A stretch of 64,000 nt of DNA from Azolla caroliniana. Lineage: Eukaryota > Plantae > Polypodiophyta. This document shows positions 47,139-58,235 of this stretch, piece after piece. Within the stretch, counting starts at the first letter, position 1; every line of letters begins with the position of its first letter. The DNA lies in contig JBHGNT010000001.1 in NCBI GenBank assembly GCA_043228905.1, forward strand, positions 13,392,001 to 13,456,000, given 5' to 3'. A program made the translations under genes and the position numbers. The notes beneath the pieces were generated by a model that was given only the letters and a program-made list of their open reading frames with translations, made no database searches and was not told where the DNA came from.

Positions 47139-48982
47139 GGTTTCTAAATTTTACAGTAGGAAATTTGAAACCCCCAAAAATCTGGAAAAGAATATATTTT
47201 GGATAAAATTTAGAAAAAGAGTTGAACGTAAGTAATTGATATTTGAAATACATAAGCTAAGATTGGATTCTTTTGTCATAAAGAAAGTATAAGAGCTTTG
47301 TTTGGACCCAATTATACAAAAGTCCTATATCAATGATCCTTAATAACTATTCTGGTATTTCCTATGACGATTCTATTTATGAGTTACTGATTTTGATAGA
47401 AATGTAACTTTTGCTTCCTCATGCCTTGCATGAACTACTTAGAAGGAAACAAGCAACAAAGAAAGCAACAAGCATCATCCTCCATGAAAGGTCATATTGT
47501 TGAGATTCAGAAAGAAAGTATGAAACAAACCAAAGATGTGGAAAGGGTGTGGAGTGATGTCATGGCTATAATACAGGTCCAACATTGAAGATGGAAACTA
47601 CATGAAATTTATAACCTAAAATAAGCTTCTTTGGGTCTTCTATTTATATCGTTGGTATTTATGAAGATAACCTTTATTGTAATAAGTATTTTAAGTAGAC
47701 ATTGAACAACAAAATGATTAATTTTATCTCATTTTTATAGTGTGATGTTTTACATTTCAAATGGAAATATAACATATGTTGTCATTTGTTTGATCAATGT
47801 ATTTGGGAAAAAATAATGTGGTGGCTTCTTATGAGTTTATCCATTAAACGAAACACAATGTTAATTTGTTAGTAATTTCATTATTGATATGCATTTGGAT
47901 TGTCCCATGTGTGCTCTTTGAGATATGTATGTCAAGTTCAAGATTGATTTTTTTGTAAATTACATTCTTTTTTATCACATTACATTCTTCATATGTCTCA
48001 ATAAACTATCGGCATTAACTTATATGTGGCTTATATATGATATACCTCTAATGCTTTTGGGTAATGTTTTTGAATTGTTTGTGCATTAGTTTATACTTTA
48101 CACATTGTGTTTTCAATTTGTGTGGTACTTGATGAAGCATTTCTACAAAATTGGGTATGATGTTTAATGTTCTTTCACAAATTTGTGAGTCTTCAATTGT
48201 ATAGAGGGTCATAGATACATTCTAGGTTTCTTGGATTGGAAACTATGTGTGCATGTATATTTTCTATAAGGGCATTTAAAATGCGTGGTTATCAAAAAAA
48301 ATATTGGTAATAGGGGGTATTTTTATTAATCTTTTTTTTCCAAAAGGGTCTCTAAAATAGTAAAAAACATCCGTGTAAGGGGTTAATAAATGATGTCATG
48401 AACGCACGTGATACAACCTTCTTATATATTGTGGAGTCCCCAAGAGTTAACCTACCATCATCCTATACATCAAAGGTCATAAAAGCTTATTCCCCAATAT
48501 AGGCTTTTACTCCAATCAAAACATCCAATGGAGTAAATAAACTCAGCCACTTCTGTGTAGAAGATATAAATTGCATCTAAATCTTAGAAAGGGTAGTTTG
48601 TACTGCAAAATACATTGTCTTTCTGCCTCTTATATTATTAAGAATTATCGTTCATTGGTCTATAGGTGTAGACAAGAATGATGTCCACGCACCTATAGAT
48701 TGTGGGGGTCCGCGATCTAATTCTGCTCATGCAGATCGAGTATGCTTTCCCAAAATATGTCCCCAATAGTCAATAAAATACGAATTTCAAATCAAGGGTT
48801 GTCTACAAAATTCAGTTTCTGTTTTTCAAAATCTCTTAACTAAATCAAGAGAAACATATTTCCATTAATCAAGAACAGATCGAGCAAATCTGTCTTCCCA
48901 TTTTTGTTAGGGACAAGTATAATAGAGCAGAGAAAAGACAAGACTAGAAAAAAAGAGAGAGGAAAAGAACAATAACTCAACT

Positions 48983-49096
48983 TGTATGTGTGTGTATATG
49001 TATATATGTATGTGTGTGTATATGTATATATATGTTTGTGTATGTGTGTATATATGTATGTGTATGTATGTATGTATGTGTCTATATGTATATGTA
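48983..49096. repeat. (TGTA/TG/TA)n microsatellite within the N LTR
   Basis: tgtatgtgtgtgtatatgtatatatg... Confidence 0.9.
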
Positions 49097-49812
49097 AACG
49101 AATGGTTTTATAATATTCTTAGGGCCATTTTCTATTCTCGAATACCACGAATATTACGGATGTCGAATCTCACGAATATCACGCATGGGTCAATCTATGG
49201 GTATAAGCATGCATATGTAGCTCAATTGGTAGGGTTGCCCAATAGAGACCATTAGGACTTGGGTTCAATCCCTACCTTCCTCCGTGGCACATGTTTATGA
49301 CATTATCCTCCCTCTAAGGTCACCTCTTAACACCTGCACCCAGGTTATGAGGGTATCGTTGATGAAAAGCGTCAATTGCCTCCAACGCATTTTCTAAATG
49401 TGTAACTGGTTCCATGCGGTGTCCGAAAGAGGTTACATTTTGTAAATATGTAATTGGTTCTCATGTGGTGTCCAAAAGAGGGTAACCTTTCCATAAGACC
49501 AAGTATTGAAGTCTTCTTCGACGCAAGCGAGAGTCGAGGATCCGGTCAACCTCGTACTCCTCACTTGTTGATAATTCCACGGGCGGGAACGGCACAGGTT
49601 GTCGTCCCGGAATGTGAGAAGGATGGTAGAGTTCGAGGAGAGACGTGAAAAACATTGTGAAGCCAAAATATGGGGGGAAGCGCTAACCGGAAGGCGACTA
49701 GGTTAACGCGCTCGAGGATACGGAAGGGTCCTAGATTTTTGTAGTCGAGCTTCGCGTAGGGATGGGTGGTTGCGATGTGGCGACATTGCAGCCAAACCAT
49801 GTCAGTCAGCGT

Positions 49813-50568
49813 TGTCGTGCCTTTTGGCATCAAATCGTGGCGTGAGTCAGGTGGGAATCGTTGGGGTTTTGGACTAGGAGGAGGAAGAATTTGAGGCTAA
49901 TAAGAATAAGAGTATATTATAAGAAAGAGATATTGAAAACTTGTGAATCTCACAAGTATATTGTATTAGATTAATCAATACTAAGATAAGAATATGAATT
50001 TAGATTGAAAGATAAGGATATAGAAACCTCGTGAATCCCATGAGTATAATTTATTAACTGGTGTTTTAGAAATATATCCAATTTCCAAAAGATTTCACAC
50101 TTCATTACATTGTGCTCCCCATCCTTATATAGTGATGAGAGAGTCTTACCAATCCATGCTTTTTCTCTAACTATTAACTCCATGCTTTTTCTATCAATAG
50201 ATTATATGCGTTCTCTAACATGCTTCTTCTAAAAGTGATCATGCTTTTTCTAACCTCATGCGTTTTTATCGACTATATTGTTTATGCACGTTAGACGTAA
50301 CTTTTTTCTATCATGCGTTTTTCTTCTAACTAAAGCTTTTCATAGAAAATATACGTGAACTTACCTTTCTATGTGGGATATTTACTTTTTAACACTTATG
50401 ATGTGTTAGTATAATGGTAAGCCCTTACATTATAAACATGGAGGTACAAGGTTCAAATCTTGCCCTATGCATTTAATATATATTTTGATATTTCTTTCTT
50501 TTTCTTCATATTTATTCAATCGGTTATTTTATATGTTTTTCATGTAGTGTACAAAATGCACTACGATA
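49813..50568 (-). mobile_element. Element O: probable solo LTR inserted in the integrase of N
   Basis: Starts tgtcgtg and ends acgata; interrupts N coding sequence; imperfect TSD (gcgt/gtgt); A/B boxes at 50407/50450. Confidence 0.55.
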
Positions 50569-52419
50569 GTGTGAGCTTTATATTGTTTGCCAACGGCACA
50601 GAGCTCGAGGGAGAGGTCACGATGGACATCTTGTAAGGTGTGCGCACGCCTCTCGGCCGACGGATTGACGAAAATCTCTAGAATGGAAATGTTGAAACAA
50701 GGGTGGAAACCGTAGTTTGCAAAGAATGGGGAAACCTTAGTTGAGGCATGGATACTATTATTGTAGGCAAATTCTACCATGGCAAGGAAGTCCACCCAAT
50801 CGTCTTGTTGGTAGTTGATTGTACACCAGAGGTATTGTTCGAGGATTTGGTTGACTATTTCAGTTTGGCCATCAGTTTGAGGGTGGTGCACGGTTGACAG
50901 GTTTTAGAAGTTCTGAATGTCTGTAGAAGTCAGCGCCAGAAGTGGGAGATAAATTGAGGGCCTTGATCAGAAGTGACATCCTCGGGGAAGTCGTGTAATC
51001 GGACGACATTTTTCACAAAAAGGTCAGTTGTCTCCTCCCCCAAAATGGTTTTCTAACATGGGACAAAGTGAGCCATCTTGGAAAACCGATCGACGACCAC
51101 TAGCATGGTGTCATGGTCACCGACCTGAGGAAGGTCGGTGATAAAGTCCATGGAGAGAGATGCCCAAGGTCAACTGGGAATTGGAAGTGGGTGTAGAAGG
51201 CCGTATGGACGATAATGAGCCGCTTTGGAGCGAGCACAAACGTCACAAGTTTTGATAAATTCTTTGACCAATTTCCAAGGTTGGTGCCACCAAAACCGCC
51301 GAGACATCAACGCCAGCGTTTTCATGACCCCAAAGTGTCCGACAAGAGGATCATCGTGGCAAGTTTGTAGTACTCGGATGCGACATGTGCCAACTGGTAC
51401 TTAAAGGAGGTGATTATGATAGAGTGGCCCATCCTGAATTGTAAAGTGACTGAGATCCGAGCTTTGCATTTCTTGGGATGGGTTGTTGAGGCGCGCCATG
51501 ATGTCAGTAGCGAAAGGGTCCAACATGGTTACTTGGGTGATCTCATTGAGCAAGGAATCATCATCCAACATATAGGTTGTGAACGTGTGGAGTTGATCGG
51601 GCCACAATAAACAATGTGATTGTTGAGAATATGTGTCGTCACCTGGGCGTAGTGCAAAGTCGGGTTGCCGAGCGAGAACATCCACTTTCCCATGTTGAAC
51701 GTTGGGTCGAAACAAGATTTCGAAGTCGTAATCGGCGAGCCTACCTCCGATTCAACGTACAAGTGGTGGTGAAGTAGATGAGATTCTTGTGGTCGGTTAG
51801 CACCTAAATACGATGTTGGGCCCCAGCCAGATAAGGTCATCATTCGGCGAAGGCCAAGATGATAGTTGCAAGCTCCTTGTTGTCGTGACTCTTGAGTAGG
51901 AAGCAGAGAGAGAGCGATGGCGATAGAGATAACGATAACGATAGAGATGGCGAGAGCGGTAGAGATAGCGATAGTGATAGAAAGAGAGTGAAAGAGGGAG
52001 AGAGTGCGAGAGAGAGAAAAGTATAAGTGAGAGATAAGAAATGGGAATGCGATTATATTATGAGAAAGAAGATTACAAGGAGTAGGCTAAGGGCTAAAGA
52101 CTGGTGTTGAACCGAATGAGTTGTGATGAGTGTATGGACTCTTATTTATAGGCCCTTATGGAGTATTCTAGAATGTTCTAGAATATTTTAGATATTTATG
52201 AATAATAATAATAATAAATATAATCATGAAATATTCAAGAACATTCTAGAATAATCTAGAATGTTCTAAATATCTCGTAATAACTAAACATATAATTATT
52301 ATGATTACATCTCACATATGTTATTACAATGGTTAAAGTACAATATGTAAACCAAGAGGTTATGGGTTCGATTCCTGGTTCGCCAAGATGAATGTCATGA
52401 TAAGCCAAGATGTATGTCT

Positions 52420-53748
52420 TCATGACATTATCCCCCCTTTTCGATGACGAGTTGCACGAGTCGGAAGAAAAGAGTTCCGACTTGGTTTATGAGGATATTG
52501 GTTGTGAAATGCCACAACCATGTCGGAGGCATTGGCAAGATGTTCGGCAGGCTCCCATGTTCGATCATTAGGTGTATAGCCTAACCAATCAACCAAGTAG
52601 TATAGTTTGTTGTGAATGATCTTGGAGTCGAGGATAGCGGCAACCTCATATTCAGAGCCATTGGAAACGTCAATTGGAGGTGGGGGAGGTGTAACACGAC
52701 CCGGAATAGAGCTCGTTGTGTAAGGCTCCAAAAGTGAAACATGGAAGACCGGGTGAAGACGCATATGAGGAGGAAGATCAAGTCGAAATGTCACATCATT
52801 GATCTTACCACTTATGACATATGGGCCAAAACGTTGATAATCCAATTTGTAGCAAGGTCGGGTCGTTTTAATGCTACCTTGTAAGAGCCATACACGATCG
52901 CCTACTTGAAATGTAGTCGATGAATCACGCCGATGACGGTCAGCAATCTTCTTTTGAGTGTTTTGGGCTTCACATAAATGATGCAAAAGCATATCCTGAA
53001 CTTCTTGGAGTCGAGTGAGCCGATCTTCAGCAGCTGGGTTTTTTGGGAGTTCAGGATGTTCAAGCATCGTCCAACGAGGATGGTACCCAATGTTTGCAAA
53101 AAATGGGGAATATCCAGTAGAAGAATGCTCGGAGTTGTTATAAGCAAATTCTGCCAAAGGTAGTAAATCCACCCAATCATCTTGTTGATAGTTGACAAAA
53201 CAACGTAGATATTGCTCGACTGTTTGGTTGGTGCGCTCACTCTGCCCATTAGTCTCTGGATGGTAGCCGGAAGAGAGTTTACAAGAAGTATGTAAGAGTC
53301 TGAACATGTGCCGCCAAAATTTCGAGATGAATTGGGGACCCCGATCACTGATAATATCATCCGGAAGACCATGATGGCGAAACACCTCCCGCATGAGTAA
53401 ATCAGCTGTCTCTTGACTAGTAATGGTCTTTGTGCATGGAAGGAAATGTGCCATCTTCGTAAAACGATCGACAACCGTGAGAATCGAATCAAATCCCTTG
53501 GAAGGTGGAAGATCCGTAATAAAGTCCAAGGAAATAGATTTCCATGGGCTCTCCGGAATAGGCATTGGCTGTAATAAGACATATGGATGATGTCGAGGCT
53601 TTTTTGATCGGCAACATGTATCACAGCTACGAACATAATCCGTAACAAAATGGCGAAGCCGTGGCCACCAATATCGGCGAGAAATCAACTCAAAAGTCTT
53701 GTGGATGCCGAAGTGTCCCGCCATTGGTGTGTCATGACATTGTTGCAT
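52420..53748 (-). CDS. Element J integrase with chromodomain (open 442-aa ORF)
   Basis: HDTPMAGHFG..CDTC, SISLDFITDLP, SDRGPQF, FGPYVI, EYEVAAILDS..WLGYTPNDRTWEP. Confidence 0.9.
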   Translation of the reverse strand: MQQCHDTPMAGHFGIHKTFELISRRYWWPRLRHFVTDYVRSCDTCCRSKKPRHHPYVLLQPMPIPESPWKSISLDFITDLPPSKGFDSILTVVDRFTKMAHFLPCTKTITSQETADLLMREVFRHHGLPDDIISDRGPQFISKFWRHMFRLLHTSCKLSSGYHPETNGQSERTNQTVEQYLRCFVNYQQDDWVDLLPLAEFAYNNSEHSSTGYSPFFANIGYHPRWTMLEHPELPKNPAAEDRLTRLQEVQDMLLHHLCEAQNTQKKIADRHRRDSSTTFQVGDRVWLLQGSIKTTRPCYKLDYQRFGPYVISGKINDVTFRLDLPPHMRLHPVFHVSLLEPYTTSSIPGRVTPPPPPIDVSNGSEYEVAAILDSKIIHNKLYYLVDWLGYTPNDRTWEPAEHLANASDMVVAFHNQYPHKPSRNSFLPTRATRHRKGGIMS

Positions 53749-54054
53749 GTTCAGACTCTTCGACTATATCTCCTGATGCTATAGGGCGACCATCGATGAC
53801 TCCTACAGCTACTGGGTTTGGGAGTTTTTTCAAGATGATGTTTTGAGTCAATGCAAACTCGCGATCCATGAAACAAGAATTGGCTCCGGAATCTAGGAGG
53901 GCAGAGGCTAGGGCGCGATGACCTGTAGATGTGCTAAGCTCGACTTGTGCAGAAAAAACTCTACTAACTTGATTTGATGAAATGGAACCACAACTAGGTA
54001 CTGACTCTACATAACTAGGATGGTCCAACCAAATGGCTCCTATTTTGGCCGGAC

Positions 54055-55182
54055 TTATTCGTTTAACACATCCTCTAATTGGCTCAAGACATCAAATCTA
54101 TTCTCATGGCATGGGCTAGTAGGCTTAGTACTTAAGTTATTAGAAGTGATAGTAGAACTTGATGTAGGGTTGTCATGTGCACTTACTTGGTAAACTTGAC
54201 GCCTGGGTTTATGTGGACAATTCACAGCTATATGTCCTGGACCACCACAGTAGAGGCATAGGCGATGTGCCCGACGTCGTTGTTTCTCAGCATCTGATAA
54301 GGGCCCGCGACGTTGTGTCGACTCTATTTCCATCGGAGTGGGACCATCCCTCGTAACGGGTCTAGAACCTTGTGGCGGTGTGGCGACTATAGAAGCGTAT
54401 GTCTGTTCCGGTTGGCGGCGTAACATTTGTTGACGTTCAGAACGTCGCTCAAATAGGCGATTATCACATCGCACAGCTCGGCTAATAGCTTCAGTAAGAG
54501 ACTTTGGATCTTCATGGAAAGTAAGAAGAAGATCTTTGACATCGTTACGCAAACCCTGACGGAAATGATCCATTAAGGTTGCCTCATCCCAAGGGATGTC
54601 GCATGCCAAGAGACGGAAATCTGCGGCATAAGCTGAAGCGGGACGATCTCCTTGTCGGAGTCTTCGAATCTTGTTTATTGCAGTCCTAGTGCTATCCGTA
54701 TCTCCAAAACTAGCTTGAAACTCCTTAACGAATGCCTCGAAATCCTCCAGTAATGGTGATTTCTTCTCAAGAAGTGGTGCAAACCATGCTAACGCTGTAC
54801 CGCTTAGCAAGGTTCCTATTAATCCCACACGGGCAGCATCAGTTGGATACCGATTGGGATGTAACTGAATCACCAAACGAACTTGATTCAGGAAACCTCG
54901 AAAGAGAGATCTGGTACCATCAAACTTGGCAGGGAGGCTAATCTTTGGTTCCCTTGGGGAGTTTTGAACCCCCGCCGCTTGTTCTCGTAATGCTAATATA
55001 GTAGCCTCAAGTTGATGAACCCGTTGTGATAACTCCTCATATTGATGAGCTTTCTCAGTACTGACTTGTTGAAGATCCCCGAGTAGCCTTTGATTTTCTT
55101 GCTCTAATGCCACAAACTTAGTGGTGAGCATATCGAGCTCCGAAAGGACACGCATATACTCTTGCTTGCTGACCGACTCCAT
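54055..55182 (-). CDS. Element J gag (intact, 375 aa)
   Basis: Retrotrans_gag-like core and CLYCGGPGHIAVNC knuckle; homologous to gag of H and K. Confidence 0.9.
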   Translation of the reverse strand: MESVSKQEYMRVLSELDMLTTKFVALEQENQRLLGDLQQVSTEKAHQYEELSQRVHQLEATILALREQAAGVQNSPREPKISLPAKFDGTRSLFRGFLNQVRLVIQLHPNRYPTDAARVGLIGTLLSGTALAWFAPLLEKKSPLLEDFEAFVKEFQASFGDTDSTRTAINKIRRLRQGDRPASAYAADFRLLACDIPWDEATLMDHFRQGLRNDVKDLLLTFHEDPKSLTEAISRAVRCDNRLFERRSERQQMLRRQPEQTYASIVATPPQGSRPVTRDGPTPMEIESTQRRGPLSDAEKQRRRAHRLCLYCGGPGHIAVNCPHKPRRQVYQVSAHDNPTSSSTITSNNLSTKPTSPCHENRFDVLSQLEDVLNE

Positions 55183-55814
55183 AACCGCGGGGGAAAAAGA
55201 AAGAAGGATAAAGAAGAAAGCTTGCTAGGGTTATTGGAGAAAGGGAAAAGAAATATTCGGTTCAAACTGTCGTGACTCTTGAGTAGGAAGCAGAGAGAGA
55301 GCGATGGCGATAGAGATAACGATAACGATAGAGATGGCGAGAGCGGTAGAGATAGCGATAGTGATAGAAAGAGAGTGAAAGAGGGAGAGAGTGCGAGAAA
55401 GAGAAAAGTATAAGTGAGAGATAAGAAATGGGAATGCGATTATATTATGAGAAAGAAGATTACAAGGAGTAGGCTAAGGGCTAAAGACTGGTGTTGAACC
55501 GAATGAGTTGTGATGAGTGTATGGACTCTTATTTATAGGCCCTTATGGAGTATTCTAGAATGTTCTAGAATATTTTAGATATTTATGAATAATAATAATA
55601 ATAAATATAATCATGAAATATTCAAGAACATTCTAGAATAATCTAGAATGTTCTAAATATCTCGTAATAACTAAACATATAATTATTATGATTACATCTC
55701 ACATATGTTATTACAATGGTTAAAGTACAATATGTAAACCAAGAGGTTATGGGTTCGATTCCTGGTTCGCCAAGATGAATGTCATGATAAGCCAAGATGT
55801 ATGTCTTCATGACA

Positions 55815-57222
55815 CCTCATCTGCCCCACCCCTATCGGCATCGTCACCAAGTCGACCATCCATTTGAAGTGAATGGCTGGCGAGTAAGTCGGGTGTAACT
55901 CTTCTTGGTGCTGGACTCTGGAATGCACCTGTCAACTCTCGCACGTCGTTACAAAATCGTGCACGTCGTAATACATCCCCGACCATCAATACTTCTCCTT
56001 TAGTTTCTCTAATGTTGCCCATGTGCCCTGGTTTAAGGATCAGGGGCTATCATGGAACTCTATGACGAGCAACGATTGCTCTTCCTTCTTTGCCACCACC
56101 TGGAGTGGTGTGTCAGTCCGTCTCTTCGGGTGCTTCCATATCTTACCATTCCGTAGAAAGAACCGGTAAGCCTTCTTCGGAATTTGGCTCGCTTCGCCTT
56201 TCATCCATGCCACGTCTGGCCTCAACATGCTTAGGGATTTACCTATTTGGAGCTACTCCCGTTCGTCAAACTCGTTCAAGGCCGGAGTGCCCCATTTGCT
56301 TGCCCTTAGTCGGGCCGACTCGAAGAAGTCCGTGTTGACTTCTTCATCTTTGAACACCATGCCTTCCTCGTTGTCGAATTGCGCTCTCGAAAGCATATCG
56401 GCCATGGCATTGTCTTTTCTAGAGACATGTCGTATCTCCAGATGCAGGGACTTTACGTACGTGATCCACTTGAGCATCGCCAGGTCCGGAGTCGCACATC
56501 CGGAAACCATGCTGAGAATTGGCAGGTAGTCCTTCTAGATGATTAGTTTAACCCCGATCAAGTACTCCTTATCGGCCTTTACTACCAAAACGATACCCCA
56601 GAATTCGCGTTTAACTTGGGTGTATCCTTGCTACTACTTGCTCAACATATTCGCACCAAACTGGATGGGGAACCATGTGTCGTCCTTGCCTGCCTGATTG
56701 ACCACCCACCCTATTCCGGTCAGACTCGTATCCATTGTAATGTAAACTGGAGTTTCCGCCTTGTATATCGCTTTTCGGAGAGCCAGTGCCACAGTCAGCA
56801 TCTGCTTTAGTCTCCGGACCGCCTCCATGTGCTCTTCGCTCCATTCGAATTTTCGATCTTTCTTCAGCAACTAGTAGAGCAGATCGGCAATGTGCGCATA
56901 GTGCAGAATCCAAATGTGGTAGAAGGCACACGCTCCTAGGAACTATTCGACTTTTGTGACCGACCGACACCCTTCCTTAATTGCCGAGATGGCCTCTAGC
57001 TTCGCCGGAGATGGTTTCTGGCTATATGGACCGCACTAGTGACCGACCACCAGTATATCCGATTGTCCGAAAGTCAACTTCTCCCGGAGAAGGTAAGCCG
57101 AGCGCCCTTGAGCCTTTGTAGTATCTTCTCGCAGTTTGAGATGTGGTCCACGACAAATCTTCTACATCCGTTCGCCCCGATCGATCGTCCTTCATGTCCT
57201 CTGGACATCCCTTGATTGGGAT
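55815..57222 (-). mobile_element. Element M: degenerate Ty3/gypsy RT-RNase H-integrase fragment of a different lineage
   Basis: LKKDRKFEWSEEH, WITYVKSLHLEIRHVSRKDNAMADMLSR, EFHDSP; no LTRs seen. Confidence 0.7.
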
Positions 57223-58235
57223 TGTAAAAGATTATGTGCGGAAGCAATAGAAAACCAAACATACAGAAAACACGCAGGTTTAATGGAGAGCTTGAGTATA
57301 CACAGTATGCGGGAGAGACAAAGAAAGAACACACAGAAAACTCAATTCAAAAAACTAACTTTGTACATATACCGTGCTCAGTGAGCACCTTTTATACAAG
57401 CCCTGACAATCGGGCTGACACAAGTACTGACAGTACTTGACTGCTCATAAATGAGCCTCGTCACTCACTCCCAAAATTATTCCTTATGAGGAATATCTCT
57501 AACGGCCTTTCGGTTTACGCACTGATATGGCCTCTCGTTACGCACCGGTTTACGCATCCATTTTTACGCACCGGTCCAGCCTAACCGATCGGTCCCAGCC
57601 GATCCGGTTCTCGGCTTGCACAGCCGATCCAGCCAATGTTGAGCTTGTATCTCAACACTCCCCCTCAAGCTCAACTTGAGGTTCCATCTGCTCTTTCGGA
57701 TCTGTGCTCCGGTTCCTTCTAGCTTCCCGCCTCACTCGCGCTCCTCGAGCCTTCCAGTCGGTTTGTCTGCTCACACGACCCTTCTCAGCTTCCTTGCTAT
57801 TGCGGAGTTGGCGCCTCTTCTGCTGCCTTCTCTTCCGCTTGGCCCTTGGTTGATTTTGCGTATCCGAATCAAACATCCGAACTGAATTGGCTTCCTCCCT
57901 TGCTATTGCGGTGTTGGCGCCTCTTCTGCTGCCTTCTCTTCCGCTTGGCCCTTGGTTGATTTAGCGTATCCGAATCAAACATCCGAACCAAATCGGCTTC
58001 CTCCGATCGGTTTTCGCTCTCGACCGAGTTGGCTGTCTCCAACTCGTCTTCAATCTTCTCGCCCTTGATGGCTTCGTCTCCCCCACGCTTGGTTGGCTTT
58101 GGTTCTTTCTTTCATCTGCTCCCCTTATGTCCGCTTTCGGAATCTTCCGCAGATCTGCTCTCGGCTTCTTCAGCCGATCCGAAATCAGATTCGTCATCCG
58201 ACTCAACGTCACGGTCTTTTCCGCTCCTTCATTGA

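Larger units (their letters stand above)
48905..51880 (-). mobile_element. Element N: degenerate Tcn1-like gypsy (3' LTR ~48905-49302, chromodomain, integrase, RNase H remnant)
   Basis: PPT ttatcctccct at 49303; EEYEVDRILDSR..YLVLWKGYP; LGPFRI; HPQTDGQTE; A/B boxes at 49218/49262. Confidence 0.8.
51881..55814 (-). mobile_element. Element J: young Tcn1-like gypsy lacking RT and RNase H
   Basis: 547-bp near-identical LTRs 51881-52427 and 55268-55814; PPT 52428-52440; self-priming PBS 55255-55265; flanks CTTGT/CCTCA, so no TSD. Confidence 0.9.

Noticed and set aside
48986-49255. ORF MCVYMYICM...
   Set aside because: Translation of a TG/TA microsatellite.
57790-58005. ~110-bp local duplication in the 3' region of element L
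   Set aside because: Real but ordinary slippage duplication; absent from the sister element F.
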